DNA of 62,291 bases, counting the filler, from Sphacelaria rigidula (Eukaryota): assembly GCA_964200075.2 (NCBI GenBank). It is 6 parts of 6 records of this genome, joined end to end, with 100 filler letters (N's around TTAATTAATTAA, not from the genome) between each part and the next. Parts side by side here need not be neighbours in the genome. Positions count along the whole stretch, not along the records: positions 1 to 10,300 come from CAXNAA020006761.1; positions 10,401 to 20,699 come from CAXNAA020006762.1; 4 more parts are not named here. One strand, 5' to 3'. This document shows positions 1-12,706 of the stretch, in pieces (position 1 is the first letter of the stretch; every line of letters starts with the position of its first letter). Position numbers and translations under genes: made by a program. The notes beneath the pieces were generated by a model. The model saw only the letters and a program-made list of their open reading frames with translations. It did not search any database and was not told the origin of the DNA.

Positions 1-376
1 GGGTTGTTTTTGTTTTTTTTTTTCTTAGCTGAACCCATAACATGGTGGCCATACTACTCTCCTTGTGTCGCCTGTCTTTTCCTGGTTCCTGTCCTTTATT
101 GTCTTCTCTCTTCCTTTCTTTCGGTGTACACTTCTGATAGATCTGGCGTTTGTTATCTGTTTGTTTGATTTGTCTTTCTTCCTTTTCTCTATCCGTTGAA
201 CTCGGGGGAGCTACTTCTTACCGGTTTTCGTGGCGTCGCTCTTCTTTTTTTTTCTTCTTTTTTTTTTTAATGTGTCTGGTAAGGAATAGCAGGGACGGTA
301 TTGGAAAGGCGAGCCTACGTCTGTGACCACGGGTTCGCGAGATCGGACTAATGTGCGGAAATAATAATAATAATAA
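1..376 (+). mobile_element. 3' end of a non-LTR retroelement (pyrimidine-rich 3' UTR plus (AAT)n tail)
   Basis: T/C-rich tract ends GGAAAGGCGAGCCTACGT...GGGTTCGCGAGATCGGACTAATGTGCGG-(AAT)n. A homologous ~70-nt 3' end with an A tail recurs at 22817-22885. Confidence 0.6.
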
Positions 377-894
377 GTTGATATCACGACCTATCAGATC
401 GGAGTTCTTCTTTTCTACCGCATATTTTATATTTTCAATCGAAAAATTATGTGCGAAGGCACGCTCTCAGGGCGTATCTTTCATCTCGGCAAACTAAATT
501 TCGATCAAAAATGCGGAGGAAGTGAAAGGTTGTTATGTGATAGGTCAGGGTAGATCATTGTTTTTTGTTCTCCAGCGCACTTTTTCGATAGGAAACGTTG
601 CCGAAAACACGACCACACAAAAATTCATAATCTTGGAATTTGAAAAGTGAGAATGGAGGAACAATCCAATAAGAATGCGAAAGGGAAATGAATTGGTTGC
701 CACGAGTGGATTGTTAGGCTTCTCATGGGGTGCACAGCTGGCCTTTCCATCATCAGTAGCACCCACGCGTGCAACGCACTCTCAACGTGCACAGCTCCCA
801 GAGATAGACGCGCACAGCTATACCTCCCACCACTTCGCCGAGTGGGCAAGAATGGACCCATCGGCGGATAGAACGGATCGCGGATTCCCAGCAC

Positions 895-1160
895 GGTGGC
901 TATAACGCGCAAGGTGCATGGACATTGATTGTCGCACAGTGGAAACCGGACCGTCTGTCGGTGGCTATCACGCGCAAGGTGCATGGGCCTTGTTGCACAG
1001 TGGAAACCGGACCGTCTCTCGCACGAGGAAGAGCAGCAGCAGCACCAGCAGCACCAGCAGTATCGGACCCGGAAGATTCATCCCCACCCCCAACTGTACA
1101 AAGCTGCTGGTCGTCAAGTTGGTGCTGCTGCTTCTCGTGCGGGAGACGGTCCGTGTTTCG
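895..1160. repeat. ~63-bp direct duplication followed by a ~40-bp inverted repeat
   Basis: GGTGGCTAT(A/C)ACGCGCAAGGTGCATGG...CACAGTGGAAACCGGACCGTCT at 895 and 960. Segment 1009-1049 is the imperfect reverse complement of 1118-1152. Confidence 0.8.
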
Positions 1161-3745
1161 ACCATGCGGCAATACTACTGCCCACGCGCCGTGAGTGGCT
1201 GCACCCTTGCTGGGAATCCCTGGTTTGGTGGTGTGTTGTTAGGCCATGTCTTATCGAGACCAAAAACAGAAGCGGGAAGAGGAACAAGCTCCAAAAGCCG
1301 CATGTTGACTGATCGGCGGGCGGGTTCATGGTTGAGATTGTTCATCAACATGCTGCTATTTGACGCTTGTTCCTTTTCCTGCTTCTTGTTTTGTCTCGAC
1401 AAGACACGCCCTTGCTGTCCTCAAATTAAAAAATATATTTAATTTGCCTTCGATAGGACAGGTGGCTATTTCTCGTCATAAGTGTACCTTAGACTGCGAG
1501 GGTAGGTCATCTCGTCATGCAGCCATATTTCGAGTGATGCTGATTAAACAGACGGACTGCACTCGCGGTCAAAAAGTGGAGACGGGGCCTAATACACTCG
1601 TAGTTATGAACCATTACATCCATAGCGTCACGATTTCAGTATCATCTCTCTCGTTCCCTTCGGGGTATCAAACGCTCGAGGTTCCCGGTATATTCAAGGA
1701 TATTCTACAGTCTGGATCTATCGGGAACCCCGAGTTTGAAATACTGCTGTCAAGGTGAGGCCTTACGACGGGACCAGAAGAGCAAACCGGGCTGAACTCC
1801 CGAGATGACGGTAGCCTTGCCGAAGAGGCCTCGGATTTTATCAGGTAGTGACTTACGTGAAGAATAGTCGCCGACACAACCACAGTGACCTTGCCGACTT
1901 CGTGACAACCGGTAGCTTACATCACAGTCATGGCCGTGGTGATGGAGCTCTGTGGGCGAAAATCAAAACGGTGGGACCTCGTTTGTTGGGCGCTTTGACA
2001 TTAACTGGAACATGACTCACCCTATTTTCAATTCTTTTCAAGTTTCGTACGACGGTTTTTCGGCGACTTGTGCCCTCGCACGAATATGATCCCGAGATTA
2101 GTCTCGTTTTTGAAAAACGAGCAGAGGGGCGGTAGAAGGTTGCGGCGGTACAGACTGCAGAGTGGCGTCTTCCCAGCCTCGCGCGGAAAAAGGCTTGGTG
2201 GGTATGAGTACCAGAAACGGCACGAAAAATCACTTTCGTGTGGCAACTTCTTGCCTCATGCGAAATGGTTCAACACACATTCCGCGACGCGAACTCGCCT
2301 CGGATCAAACACGCAACAAAACCTATGTTGGCCACAGGGGGGGCAAGTCGGTCCATCTGCACTGACTCACTGCCTCCATCATGAGCAGGTCTTCTCAAAA
2401 CAGTAAATGTATACTTCAATTACTATCAAATATATCGGGAACATCGAGTTCAAGATATTCTTGTAAAGAGGAACACGGGGGCAATCCCGGGGCAATGTTT
2501 GACGTTCAGCGGTTAGTCTTTGGTCGGCCTTTGTCAAGAGGCCTGTTGTCAAAAACCTTTCGTTGTCGAGGTGGGTCATTTCGCTCCAACTCTCATTTCT
2601 CAAGTGGAATTGGTGATTGAACGGTTGATCGAACCCGATGATCCTCTAGTCGGCCGCATGACAACGTAGTTCGACATTCAAATATGGAATGGCCATGGTG
2701 CCGACTCGACAGTATGGCATAGTTGGCCGGTCATGAGGTAACTCTGTCAGAACCTGCCAGATGGGACACCACAATGACAGGGTCATTTTTCAAGTGATGA
2801 TGATGCAGGTGCCACAACAGTACAGTGGACAGACATACTCGGCGGTCGACGGGTTGACCACGAGGTACTACGAAGGTACTCGACTTCAAATGACGAAAGC
2901 ATAAGCGAGCAGAGCCAGCAGAACCACGCAACACGGCCCAGGCAGTCACTATCTTCTGGCGATGTTGGCCCGCTCGGGTGACAACCAGTTCCCCGCGTAT
3001 ATGCTCACCGCATATCCCCAAACCACGACACGATAATACTACCGTACTACTTACTTCACCATTAGTTCTCGCGAAAAAGCCTGAGAGGCCGGAGGCCGGG
3101 AGTCTAGCTCAGACCAACGAGATATTTCGCGGCAGAAAACCCCGCAGCACACACCATTACCTACGCCCGACTTGCTCTTGTGTAGTTTATGAGCTTTTGT
3201 GTAGACGGTACTTGTCCAACAACAGAAACATCTCTGAGGAACAACGTAAAAGGGTGGCACTCTGTGTACTACTGCACTTCGAACCTCCACTGACCATCTG
3301 CATCCAGGACAACACAGAACAGAAGACTAAATATGAGCTGAAATCGAACAGACAAGTGACTGACTGTCTGAATCTGCTTTGTGTGTACGTATGGAACCCG
3401 CATTTGCACCCAGATCAACAGTGATTTGTGTACTACTCTTACAGATGCGTAGCGAGACAGGACGCTTATCGAGGGCATGTCTGCAGTTGGCCATCAACTG
3501 CACCGGCGTTGATTGAGCATCATGTTATACCGTGAGGTATCTGCCAGGGGGTTCGGTTTCAAAACGAGGGGGTGTATGTGCACCGCGAGACACCCCGATA
3601 CAAATGTACACATGTGCTAGTACGTGGTAGATCCTGATGAACGGAACGAGATTCGATGTTGGCCAAGTAACCTCCTTGAACAGGGGACACGCAATAACAC
3701 AAAAGTAACACTTCAAATCACGGTGGGACAGACCACCGCCTAAAA

Positions 3746-3752
3746 CCACCCG

Positions 3753-3786
<34 letters not shown>

Positions 3787-3883
3787 TCCCAACTCTCACC
3801 CCTCTCTCCTTTATCNNNNNNNNNNCTCTCGGAAGGGCGGCCCCCAAAACACACAGACTGACCCCCCCGCCCCCGGGGGGCCC

Positions 3884-3917
<34 letters not shown>

Positions 3918-3920
3918 TCC
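3746..3920. other. poly-C low-complexity tracts around a 10-N internal gap (low-quality sequence)
   Basis: C runs longer than 25 nt on both sides of NNNNNNNNNN at 3816-3825. Confidence 0.85.
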
Positions 3921-4470
3921 AACGCGAGCGCCGCTTTAAATTTCTTAGGGCCTTGTAACGAGCCTATACAACAATAAAGCACACGACTTCGCCGAGCGAA
4001 CGGACAGTGGCCTGCGCCACAGGATACACAGCAATGTCCGTTTACCCCTTGACCGCGTGAGTAGGTCACCAGGCTCATGCATCAGTTGTTCGAGTGAAGT
4101 TGATGCGACAAATGAAAAATGACCTACGCTGGCCGTCGAAGGGTACAGAAATGTGTGTGCAGTATCTACAGTACACATATGTACCTCAACAAGAACTGGT
4201 GAGTAATCTGGGTGTCCGGCTGTCCCTCGGGTACTCAAACCCATCAAATCAATCGCAAAAGATCACCCCGTTTTGAGGTTCTACCGGAACTCTGCTCAAC
4301 TGAAGACTCTTTACACATGCGCTTTCATCATCCGAGAGGGTGAATACGCAGCGCAGTAACACAAACAAGACCAAGAGCGAGTGCGCGGCAGGATATTCAC
4401 AGGAAGCTGGGCAGTTCATCGTCACTGTCGTGACCAGAGTGTGTTTACAATCACGAGTACGCGACTTGAC

Positions 4471-5776
4471 CTGCTCGTGGCAGGCAAAAGTATATCGCGG
4501 AGAATAAATGGCAGCACGATGAGTGATTGTCCAACTTTTCAGAGCCCGTGCATAGTAGTGTTCTTCATCATGTGATGTGTACCTGGTAAAGATGAGGCGG
4601 GAAAGCGGGAAAATGCAAGACATGGTACCCCAAGAATATAGCAAGATGTTACTCTACTCAACTATTTGGTGGCAAGAAGCTAACCTCGTGCTGCCATGTT
4701 TGTCACCGGAACCCCCACGGACAATCGACCGCACACACATCAATAGACGTGTGTGGGTCCCAAGGAGGGCCCTGTGTACCACGGACAGTCCAGGAGGAAG
4801 GCGTGAGGAGAAACGGTCTGCTTCGCCCCCAACGATCGGTATATTATTTCCTTGCTGCCCCTTGACATCTACGACATTACGTAATTACGATATTTGATCC
4901 CATTCATCGGAAAAAAATACGACAAGACGTATTTTTAAAGAGGAGAGGTGCCTCTACTGCCTCGTCAAGACGTGATAAAGCGACGACGAATATTTCGAAA
5001 GTAGGAAAGAAATTGAGTAGAGGTAGCATTTTAGTTTGTGAACACTTGATGGCATGGCAGTGATTATAGGTGGGGATATAAGAGGGTGGGAAGGGATGTG
5101 GGCTCGGAGTGGCCCGCACACGATGTGGCGGGGTTTGGGGGGTGGCAATAGAGGGTAGGGGTGTGGGGGGGGTGGTATATATGTACAAAGGTGCTGCATG
5201 CTGTATGCTTCCGAGCATTTTCGGCTGAATAGTGTACCTTCTGAAAAAAAATTAAAAAGATGCGCCGTAGCAGCTGCTGAGGAGGGGCGCGGTGGGGGGG
5301 GAAGGGGGGGGGGGGCTTAGCTCAGCTTCGACATCACGATATGTTGTCTTCAGGTCGGGGGGGGAGGGGGGCAGGCGGGGAACTCTTTAAAGGTGTAGAG
5401 TTGTATCCCTTGTACCCGTCGCCTATTCTCCGAGACCTTTCATCGATGCTTGCAGCAAACCGCACCATTTGCCAAGAAAACAGAAAACATCACTTGGAAA
5501 ATCTATGCAACAACTCATTTTTTCAGTCATGTCGCCGAGCCGAATCATCCGCTGTTGAGTTATTTCTGAAGGAAAGGACGGACAGTATATTACGATCAGT
5601 ATAGAAAGTAGTGCGAGCAGCGTAGACAGGTGGTAAACGCAGTACGGTGCAATGTATTGTCTGAAGTCTTTCTATACATCCTCACCTTGAGCACGAAGTA
5701 TCGCTCTTTCCAAAGTACCAAGCACTTTTTGTGCAACGAGCCGTACACGAAAACCATATTTCCACACCACAGCCAC
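4471..5776 (-). CDS. putative PH-domain protein, partial (candidate exons 5686-5776 and 4471-4582)
   Basis: AG/GT-bounded exon encodes MVFVYGSLHKKCLVLWKERYFVLK, matching the PH beta1-beta2 pattern G-x-L-x-K...W-K-x-R-Y-F-V-L. A second AG/GT-bounded open exon encodes YTSHDEEHYYARALKSWTIT.... A linking exon of 3n+2 nt is required and was not found. Confidence 0.45.
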
Positions 5777-7948
5777 CTAAAGCAGTGATTGTAGTGTCAG
5801 CTTTCCGTTCGCCTCTGTCTCGCGCGCCCTCCCCTAGCTAGTTTTCGCTGTACTTTCGCCCGTAATGATGTCTCCGGGGTGTGTTGTGATGGTTTCTTTC
5901 CTTCAACACAACACCCCCGCCAGCCCCTTCACCCTTTCCCTCCTTACGCCCGGCTCCGTTTGGCTCACTGTACTCTACCCTGGAGCGTTCCTCAACTTGA
6001 GCAGACTTTACGGGCAGAAAACTACGCTAAGAAATAGCTCGTTACAGGCCGCGCCCTCCCTTCCCGTACAATGGTCTAACAGCTGCGCTGTGAGGTAGGT
6101 GAGAGAGCTGTGTCGTCTACAACGTAGGACCCTCTGCGTTCTCGTCCAGAAACGAGCCAGACCACGCTCCAAAAGAGCTCCACGCTGCACTGTGGAAGAC
6201 GTACAAAGGAGAGGAGGCTCAAGATAGGCGTGGAAACGCTACACTTTGTGTTTTAACCTCATGTACTGCCACCGCAAAGTGTGTGCCCTTTGTCCTATTC
6301 CGCTGTAAACAGTAATCGCTATGGGATTGCGTTCGTGTCTTCCGTTCTGCTTTCATCGACCGCGGGTCTGATGTCAATGTTTTGCCATGGTCTAAAACTT
6401 GGTAAGAGAACTCGTGCGTTTGCGATACTGTTGGGGATCGAGCACAAAATGGAACGCAAAGTCAACAGTACAACAGTGACAGAGCACCACACCTCTGCAT
6501 CAGTACATTCATAATTTCTAGCTTGAACTCTGGTGAGTATAGAAGTACGCGAGCTCTCGTATTGCGCTCGTAGTAGTCTTGGATCCTGCCTTACAATCTT
6601 TTACAGGCTTTTTTTTCGGCTGTATTGATCGTGTGCTAATGGAGTGTGCGGTACAGTTACTACAACAGTACACCACTCCACGTCGTATGCTCCCAACTGC
6701 TATGCCCAAGATACAACGATATCGCCGAAGACTGTACGAGTACTGTTGTGAGTGAACAGTCCGTGGGTAGGCATGCTGTCCACAGATAGATACAACAGTA
6801 ACGCAGCACGGTAGTGCAATGCAACCGCCGATGGATCCACTGCGATCCACTGCCATGGATGTTTCATTTCCCTGCGATTAGCCTGTGAGAGTGGATTTTG
6901 CACTAGCATCATTTTGTGCAAAGTGTCTCCGGCTATCGTAGATCCCGCCGTTTTTACTCCGTCATGTACAGAGGAAGCAAGCACTGAACCTGAGCTGAGC
7001 GCCATCGTATTTCTCGACAATTCAACATGTTTTGTTCCCTCTATCCCTGAACTGATTCGAAAGGCTATATGTCGAATGCTTGTTGGTGCATGTGCGAGTA
7101 AGGCGGCCCGTCCGTAGGTGCGGGAGACTCCGTGACCAGATACGTATAACACAGAAGTAATCATTATACAGTAGTATCATGTGAACAACCAACCCCAGCA
7201 AAGATGAGATATTGAGTTATCTGCACCCAAAAACGTCGTAAAAGTGGACCAGAGAGGACAGACCGTGTATCATCTAGCGAGGAAGATTCAAGATACGCAA
7301 ATATTTGTAGGTCGTCGGTCGCACGCTGCTGAACTGTGGTGTGGACTGAGCGCGAGGGTATCCAAGGCTTGCAGTACAAAACCACAGTGCCATGGCGAGG
7401 AGACCGAGCGCCTATCAGGCCAGGGGGGGTGGGGACGCCATGGACACCCTCTCTGCAAAGCTGAGCGCGGACCTCCGAGAAAGCATTCGAGCCCTGGTGA
7501 GGCATAATCGGCTGTTCAGTGACATGGTTCTTTGCGTCGACGCAAGGCCGATCTCGTAGTAGCTCAAGCTACCATACCCAGACACATCATACCGATCAGT
7601 CGGTATCTCCAACAAAGTGTGGGTTACCGTGTGTATTGGCATACATGTGCGCTGTTATAGATCTCAAGTGGCGTCCTGGGAAAGACGCCGTGTGTACATG
7701 GTCAAGGTCGGCAGACACCGGTTCGAGCTCAGTGTGGAATTCGTCCCGTTGAGTTGAGTAGGTGCTGCCAAAAAAACGCTCAGTAAAGCCATCATCCATT
7801 TGAGGATGGAGCTTTTCAATGAGGATGAAAACCCGGCAAATACATCTTCGCATCCACACCAATCCTTCGAGATATCATGGTTCCACTCCTTCATCTGCTG
7901 GTAGCTGTTGAAAACTGCTACACGCTGTACAAATCTGAGTCCCGATTC

Positions 7949-8945
7949 CCGAAATTTGGGGGTCCTACGTGAAGAAAAAAAAATGACCTAGAAAAGGTAT
8001 ACCTTCTGGTTTTTTGCCCAAGAAAGGTACGATAAATGGCCAGAAACGCGAAAACAGCTAAACACGCCATTTTGACCGTTTTCGCTCCAAATGTTTCACG
8101 CACATCACCCGGGGGGGGCATTGGCATCTGGGCCTCGAAAAAACACGGGGAAAAAACATGTTACTCGCGAAATATGGCCACGCGAAAACGGACGTCTCGC
8201 CTCCAGAAATCGCTCACCTTTTCTAGGCCAAATTTCGGCCAGGAATACCTGATCTAGGGATTATTTTCATTCGTACCTTATCTGGGCCACTGATCGGCCA
8301 AAAACGTACCTCTGCTAGTCCATTGCTCTCCACACTATCCCTGATGCGGTACATCGCGCGCAAGGGAGTCTACGCGCCAACTCGAACCATGACGCCTACA
8401 CATTCGGCTCTTTTTCCGCTCATTTGCCGTTCACGGATGCCATGACGACCGCGCCCTTTCTCCCGGGGAATGGTTCCCGAGTCTCTCCGCATCGACACAA
8501 AAACTGGACTCACAACTCACAGCGCCTTAGAGTGATGGTACGGTATGGTAGGGGTGCAAAAATATTTTCTGAGGTTAGAATTGTTAGGAGCCCTTTCTCT
8601 CATGCAAAACACGACCTATGAAAATATGTGAAAGTACGCCACAGGATTACTACTACTTTAATGTGCTGGGGATATCCCGAATAAATTTGCGAACGGGGAT
8701 GACCTGACCTCTAATCTTGTGCATCTAGAATCGTTAGGAGCTCCTGAACTAGACATAATTTCGCGCAAAAAGTGCACCCCTACCGTAGCATTGCTCGTTG
8801 GTCTTTTGTGATGCGGTGGGTTGTGGAACACCATACTGTCGCGATCTCGGGGCTGTCGTCAGGGTCAAGTTAGGCTCTTCCGCCACCAACGGGTGGTTGT
8901 CGCATCATCGATGGTTGGTTCAAGCAACAAGGGATACAGTAGTAC
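7949..8945 (+). mobile_element. dispersed repeat family A (unclassified, >=700 bp), interrupted by a MITE
   Basis: Shares CGAAATTTGGGGGTCCTA, GGCCAAATTTCGGCCAGG and CGCCAACT..AACCATG blocks with 9056-9562, 9830-10240 (rc), 10401-10465 (rc) and 59790-60232 (rc). Confidence 0.75.
8530..8796. mobile_element. MITE family B (PIF/Harbinger-like termini)
   Basis: GAGTGATG...GGTAGGGGTGCA left end and TGCACCCCTACCGTAGCATTGCTC right end; near full-length homology to 39228-39486. Confidence 0.75.
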
Positions 8946-9055
8946 TGGCCGTCACGGGTATAAAAATAGGGACACAACAACAGTAATGAATGGCATCGTA
9001 TCAGCGCGCGTCTTCAAATTCACGTAGCACCGCGATCCAACAGGGTCTAATTAAA

Positions 9056-10240
9056 CGAAATTTGGGGGTCCTAGGTAAAAAAGTAAAGGACAATGGCCTA
9101 CAAAAAGTGTAATTTCTCGTATTTTGCCTAAAAAAAGTACGAAAAATAACCAGAAACGCGAAAACAGCAAACCACACAATCTGCACAGATTTCGCTCCGA
9201 AATTTTGACGCACAGAAATCGGGGGGCTCCTCGGCACCCGGGCCTCGAAAAAAACCCAGAAAAATATATGTTACTCGCGAGATAGTATGGCCATACGCAG
9301 AAGGACGTCTCGACTCCAGAAACCACTTCCCCTATCTAGGCCAAATTTCGGCCAGGTATACTTGATCTAGGAATTCTTTTTCAATCGTACCTTATCTGGT
9401 CCACCAGTCGGCCCAGAGAGTACCTGTTCTAGGCCATCGCTTCCCACCCTGTACCTAATGCGGCACACTGCGCGCAAGGCAATCTACGCGCCAACTCCAA
9501 CCATGGCGCGCACACATTCGTCTCTTTTTCCGCCCATTTGCCGTTCACGAACGCCACAACGACTACATGTTACCAACCCTAACGCCACAACCATCAACCC
9601 TATTGGGACCGGACTCCACACAACGGTATGTTTGTGGCGCTTTTCCCCACTTTCCCCCCACAATAATCGTGTGTTGGACGCAGGTGACCATTTGTGTCGC
9701 TTACAAGTCAAAATGATGCCATTCCACAAAAAAATATGAATTGTCATCATTTTGACTTGTAAGCGACACAAATGGACAGCTGTCATCAACATACAATTGT
9801 GGGGTAAAAGGGTCCCGGAAGGGTTAACATGACACCAGCCCCAGATCGCAACGGTACGATGTTACGTAACACTCCGCAAGCGCAAAAGACCGAAGCGTTG
9901 TGAGATATGAGTCCAGTTCTTTTGTCGGTGCGGAAAGACTCGGAAGCTAAATCCGGGGAGAAAGGGATGTCATCGTTGTGGCGTTCGTGAACGGCAAATG
10001 GGCGGAAAAAGAGACGAATGTGTGCGCGCCATGGTTGGAGTTGGCGCGTAGATTGCCTTGCGCGTAGTGTGCCTGCCGCATTAGGTACAGGGTGGGAAGC
10101 GATGGCCTAGAACAGGTACTCTCTGGGCCGACTGGTGGACCAGATAAGGTACGATTGAAAAAGAATTCCTAGATCAGGTATACCTGGCCGAAATTTGGCC
10201 TAGATAGGGGAAGTGGTTTCTGGAGTCGAGACGTCCTTCT
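9056..10240. repeat. two family-A copies in inverted orientation, ~265-bp near-identical arms
   Basis: 9298-9562 is the reverse complement of 9973-10240 with only a few differences. Confidence 0.85.
9598..9823. mobile_element. piggyBac-like MITE with internal perfect 31-bp hairpin
   Basis: TCAA|CCCTATTGGGACC ... GGTCCCGGAAGGG|TTAA. Internal CCATTTGTGTCGCTTACAAGTCAAAATGATG and its exact reverse complement span ~9688-9775. Confidence 0.65.
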
Positions 10241-10300
10241 AACAGCCAATCATCTATATTGAGGATGGTGCTATTGATTGAGGATGAGAACCCGGAGGAT

Positions 10301-10400
10301 NNNNNNNNNNNNNNNNNNNNNNNNNNNNNNNNNNNNNNNNNNNNTTAATTAATTAANNNNNNNNNNNNNNNNNNNNNNNNNNNNNNNNNNNNNNNNNNNN
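10301..10400. other. artificial contig linker (N44-TTAATTAATTAA-N44)
   Basis: Identical 100-bp spacer with stops in all six frames; also at 20700, 31099, 41497, 51895. Confidence 0.97.
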
Positions 10401-10479
10401 GTTTCTGGCCATTTTTCGTACCTTTCCTAGGCAAAAAACGAGAAGGTATACCTTTTCTAGTCCATTGCCCTTATTCTTT

Positions 10480-10990
10480 AGTTCAACCCCAAAAAATAGG
10501 ATCTGCTGTTCAACGCTGTTGAGAATTCATCCTTTAGCCCAATTGATGGATGAACCGGCTGGCAAGAGGATGAATTACTGTCAACAATTTTTTCTGTGTC
10601 TCGGATTCCATACGCTGATAAGGGTGCAGTATGCAGGATCTGCACAGCTGATGTTGTCCGAAATATTTCTCTTTTTTGAATTAGCGGGCAATCTGGAGAT
10701 TTATTTCGAGCTTCTGTTCAAATTCCAAATATGCCAGAGTGCATGAGATTTACACAGCAGAAAAGCTGTTCGAAATAAATGATCTTTTTGCCCAAAATCG
10801 AATCCCTTTTGAATAACTTCTTCAGCTGTTCAAAACAGATCCTGTTTTTGCCCGATTTAATTTGGCGAAAACAGGATCTGTTTTGAATAGCTTCTCCTGC
10901 TGTCCAAGATAAATTGCTTTTCGCACGATTTGAACCGGGTAAAGAGGATTTTTCTTGAACAGCAGGAGAAGCTATCCAAAATAAATAAAT
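10480..10990. repeat. AT-rich foldback region of short repeated palindromic modules
   Basis: GCTGTTCAAAACAGATCCTGTTTT/AAAACAGGATCTGTTTTGAATAGC (~10825-10891) and TAGCTTCTCCTGCTGT/ACAGCAGGAGAAGCTA (~10888-10975). Confidence 0.6.
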
Positions 10991-11466
10991 TTACAGATTT
11001 TGTATCATTCGTATCAAAATAATTTGAAATTTTTAAAATTGGGAGGGCCTCTCCACGGGGTTGCTTGCAGGGTTTCTACAAAACGCTATGCAAAATGCTG
11101 ATAGAGGTACTAAGGTTTGCAAATGCAATGCAGGGTTTCTCACAAAATACTGTGAAGAACCTGTGCAGCACGTCCTACAGGGTGCCATCTGCCCACGTGT
11201 GTTGGGCTTAGGTACAAGCGGCTGCGTTCATGATGTGGAAAACTGCGTAGGGCAGCGCGAATGCAGGACACGGACAGGCTAAGGATGTGACGTCCTGTGG
11301 TGTACCTCGTCACCCTGCACCCTGCCGCTGTGCAGTGAGCAGGTAGTACCGCCGAACGCCTCACGCTGCGGTTGGTACGCAGTGTCGAACACAGCAGCAA
11401 GCAGCATATTTCATGTACATTAACTTGTGTCTCAAGACCGATGCGCACACACACAGCAACTACTAC

Positions 11467-11615
11467 CGCCATCATCCATCGATCAGGAGGTTACCCCCCC
11501 TGTTCAAAAAGGGTACCCGGGGTCCCCCCCCCTTTTCCCTCCTACACAGAGACGTTTGGGCGCCCTAGGGGGGGGAGGGGGTCGTCATTTCCTGATATGA
11601 GGCCCCTCGGCCCAG
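11467..11615 (+). repeat. G/C-run motif with an inverted diverged copy at 20208-20325
   Basis: CGCCATCATCCATCGATCAGG-(G/A)GG(G/T)TACCCCCC...GGGGGG..GTCGT..GATATG(A/G)(G/A)GCCCCTCG in both copies. Confidence 0.7.
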
Positions 11616-12706
11616 CGTACAGCTGTCTGCCCGAGAAACAGCAGTTTGCACCTCAAAGTCCATGGCGTACCGGGAAGCAAGTCTTGTACGAGTACTGGAA
11701 AGCAGGCATGATCGTGGCTGGGACTAGTGCGGGACGACCTAGCAAGAATTTGCCGGGAGCGGTTTGCGTCTCCGCGCCGGCTTGTTGCGGGCCCTTGCCA
11801 ACATAGGACGACGGCGATAACACGAACACGATTTATGCTTCAATACAACTTTACGCTCCCGTGCAACAACACACGACCATACCCCGGGTGCGTGCGGCAG
11901 ACCTTCATTAGAGCCACTTTTAACAAGGGTCCAGCCGAGACCACTCCGGTTTCACAGCCGCAATCCAAGACCGCAACGTCACACCGAAATAAATTGAAAC
12001 TGAAAGCGCCCTGGGCACGGGAAAATTGATAAGAAAAATGAATCAACACCACGTCGGTAAGAACACCTGTGCCCATGTCGCTGAAGAGGCTGAAAAAAGC
12101 TCCGGGCGAGCACCACGATACTCTCAGACGCATTTTTTCACCCGCTGCGGCATCTAGGGCGCGCCACGAAACGGGGGAAATTGTGCGAACTAAACTTAAA
12201 AAAAACTTCGAAAGCGAAGTGTCTTCTCGCTCAAATCAATCTTGTTCGATCCTTCATGCAGCCCGAGGCTGCGACCTTGAACCCCAGTGAGACTGCTACT
12301 GCCCACACCAAATCATGGCGTGTTCGTCCTTGTCTACATGCTACTCACACTTTACTGTATGAGCGACCAATCAACAAATAATGTTATTCAACACCCATAA
12401 AAATAGCTGTACACATCTTGAAGTTTTTTTCTGGTTGAAAAAACTAGAGGTGACGTCAGACGAAGAGTACATTTTTGTCATGACCCGTGACCACAATATA
12501 AAGTGATGCACTATACGAAGTACCTATTACACGTTATATGGCCTATCGCGGTCAACCTATTGCATGCTACAAAGGAAAGCACCTCAACGGTGCACACTAG
12601 CATCAACCACAAGAAACCCAAATGATGGGTCTCTCGGACATGCACCTCAATCCGTCCTCCCCGACCTCCCCTTCCCTACTGAAAACCTCATGTACAACAG
12701 CTCTGT

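Noticed and set aside
10345-10356. TTAATTAATTAA recurring every ~10.4 kb as a periodic biological signal
   Set aside because: Always centred in 88 Ns; it is an assembly linker with six-frame stops.
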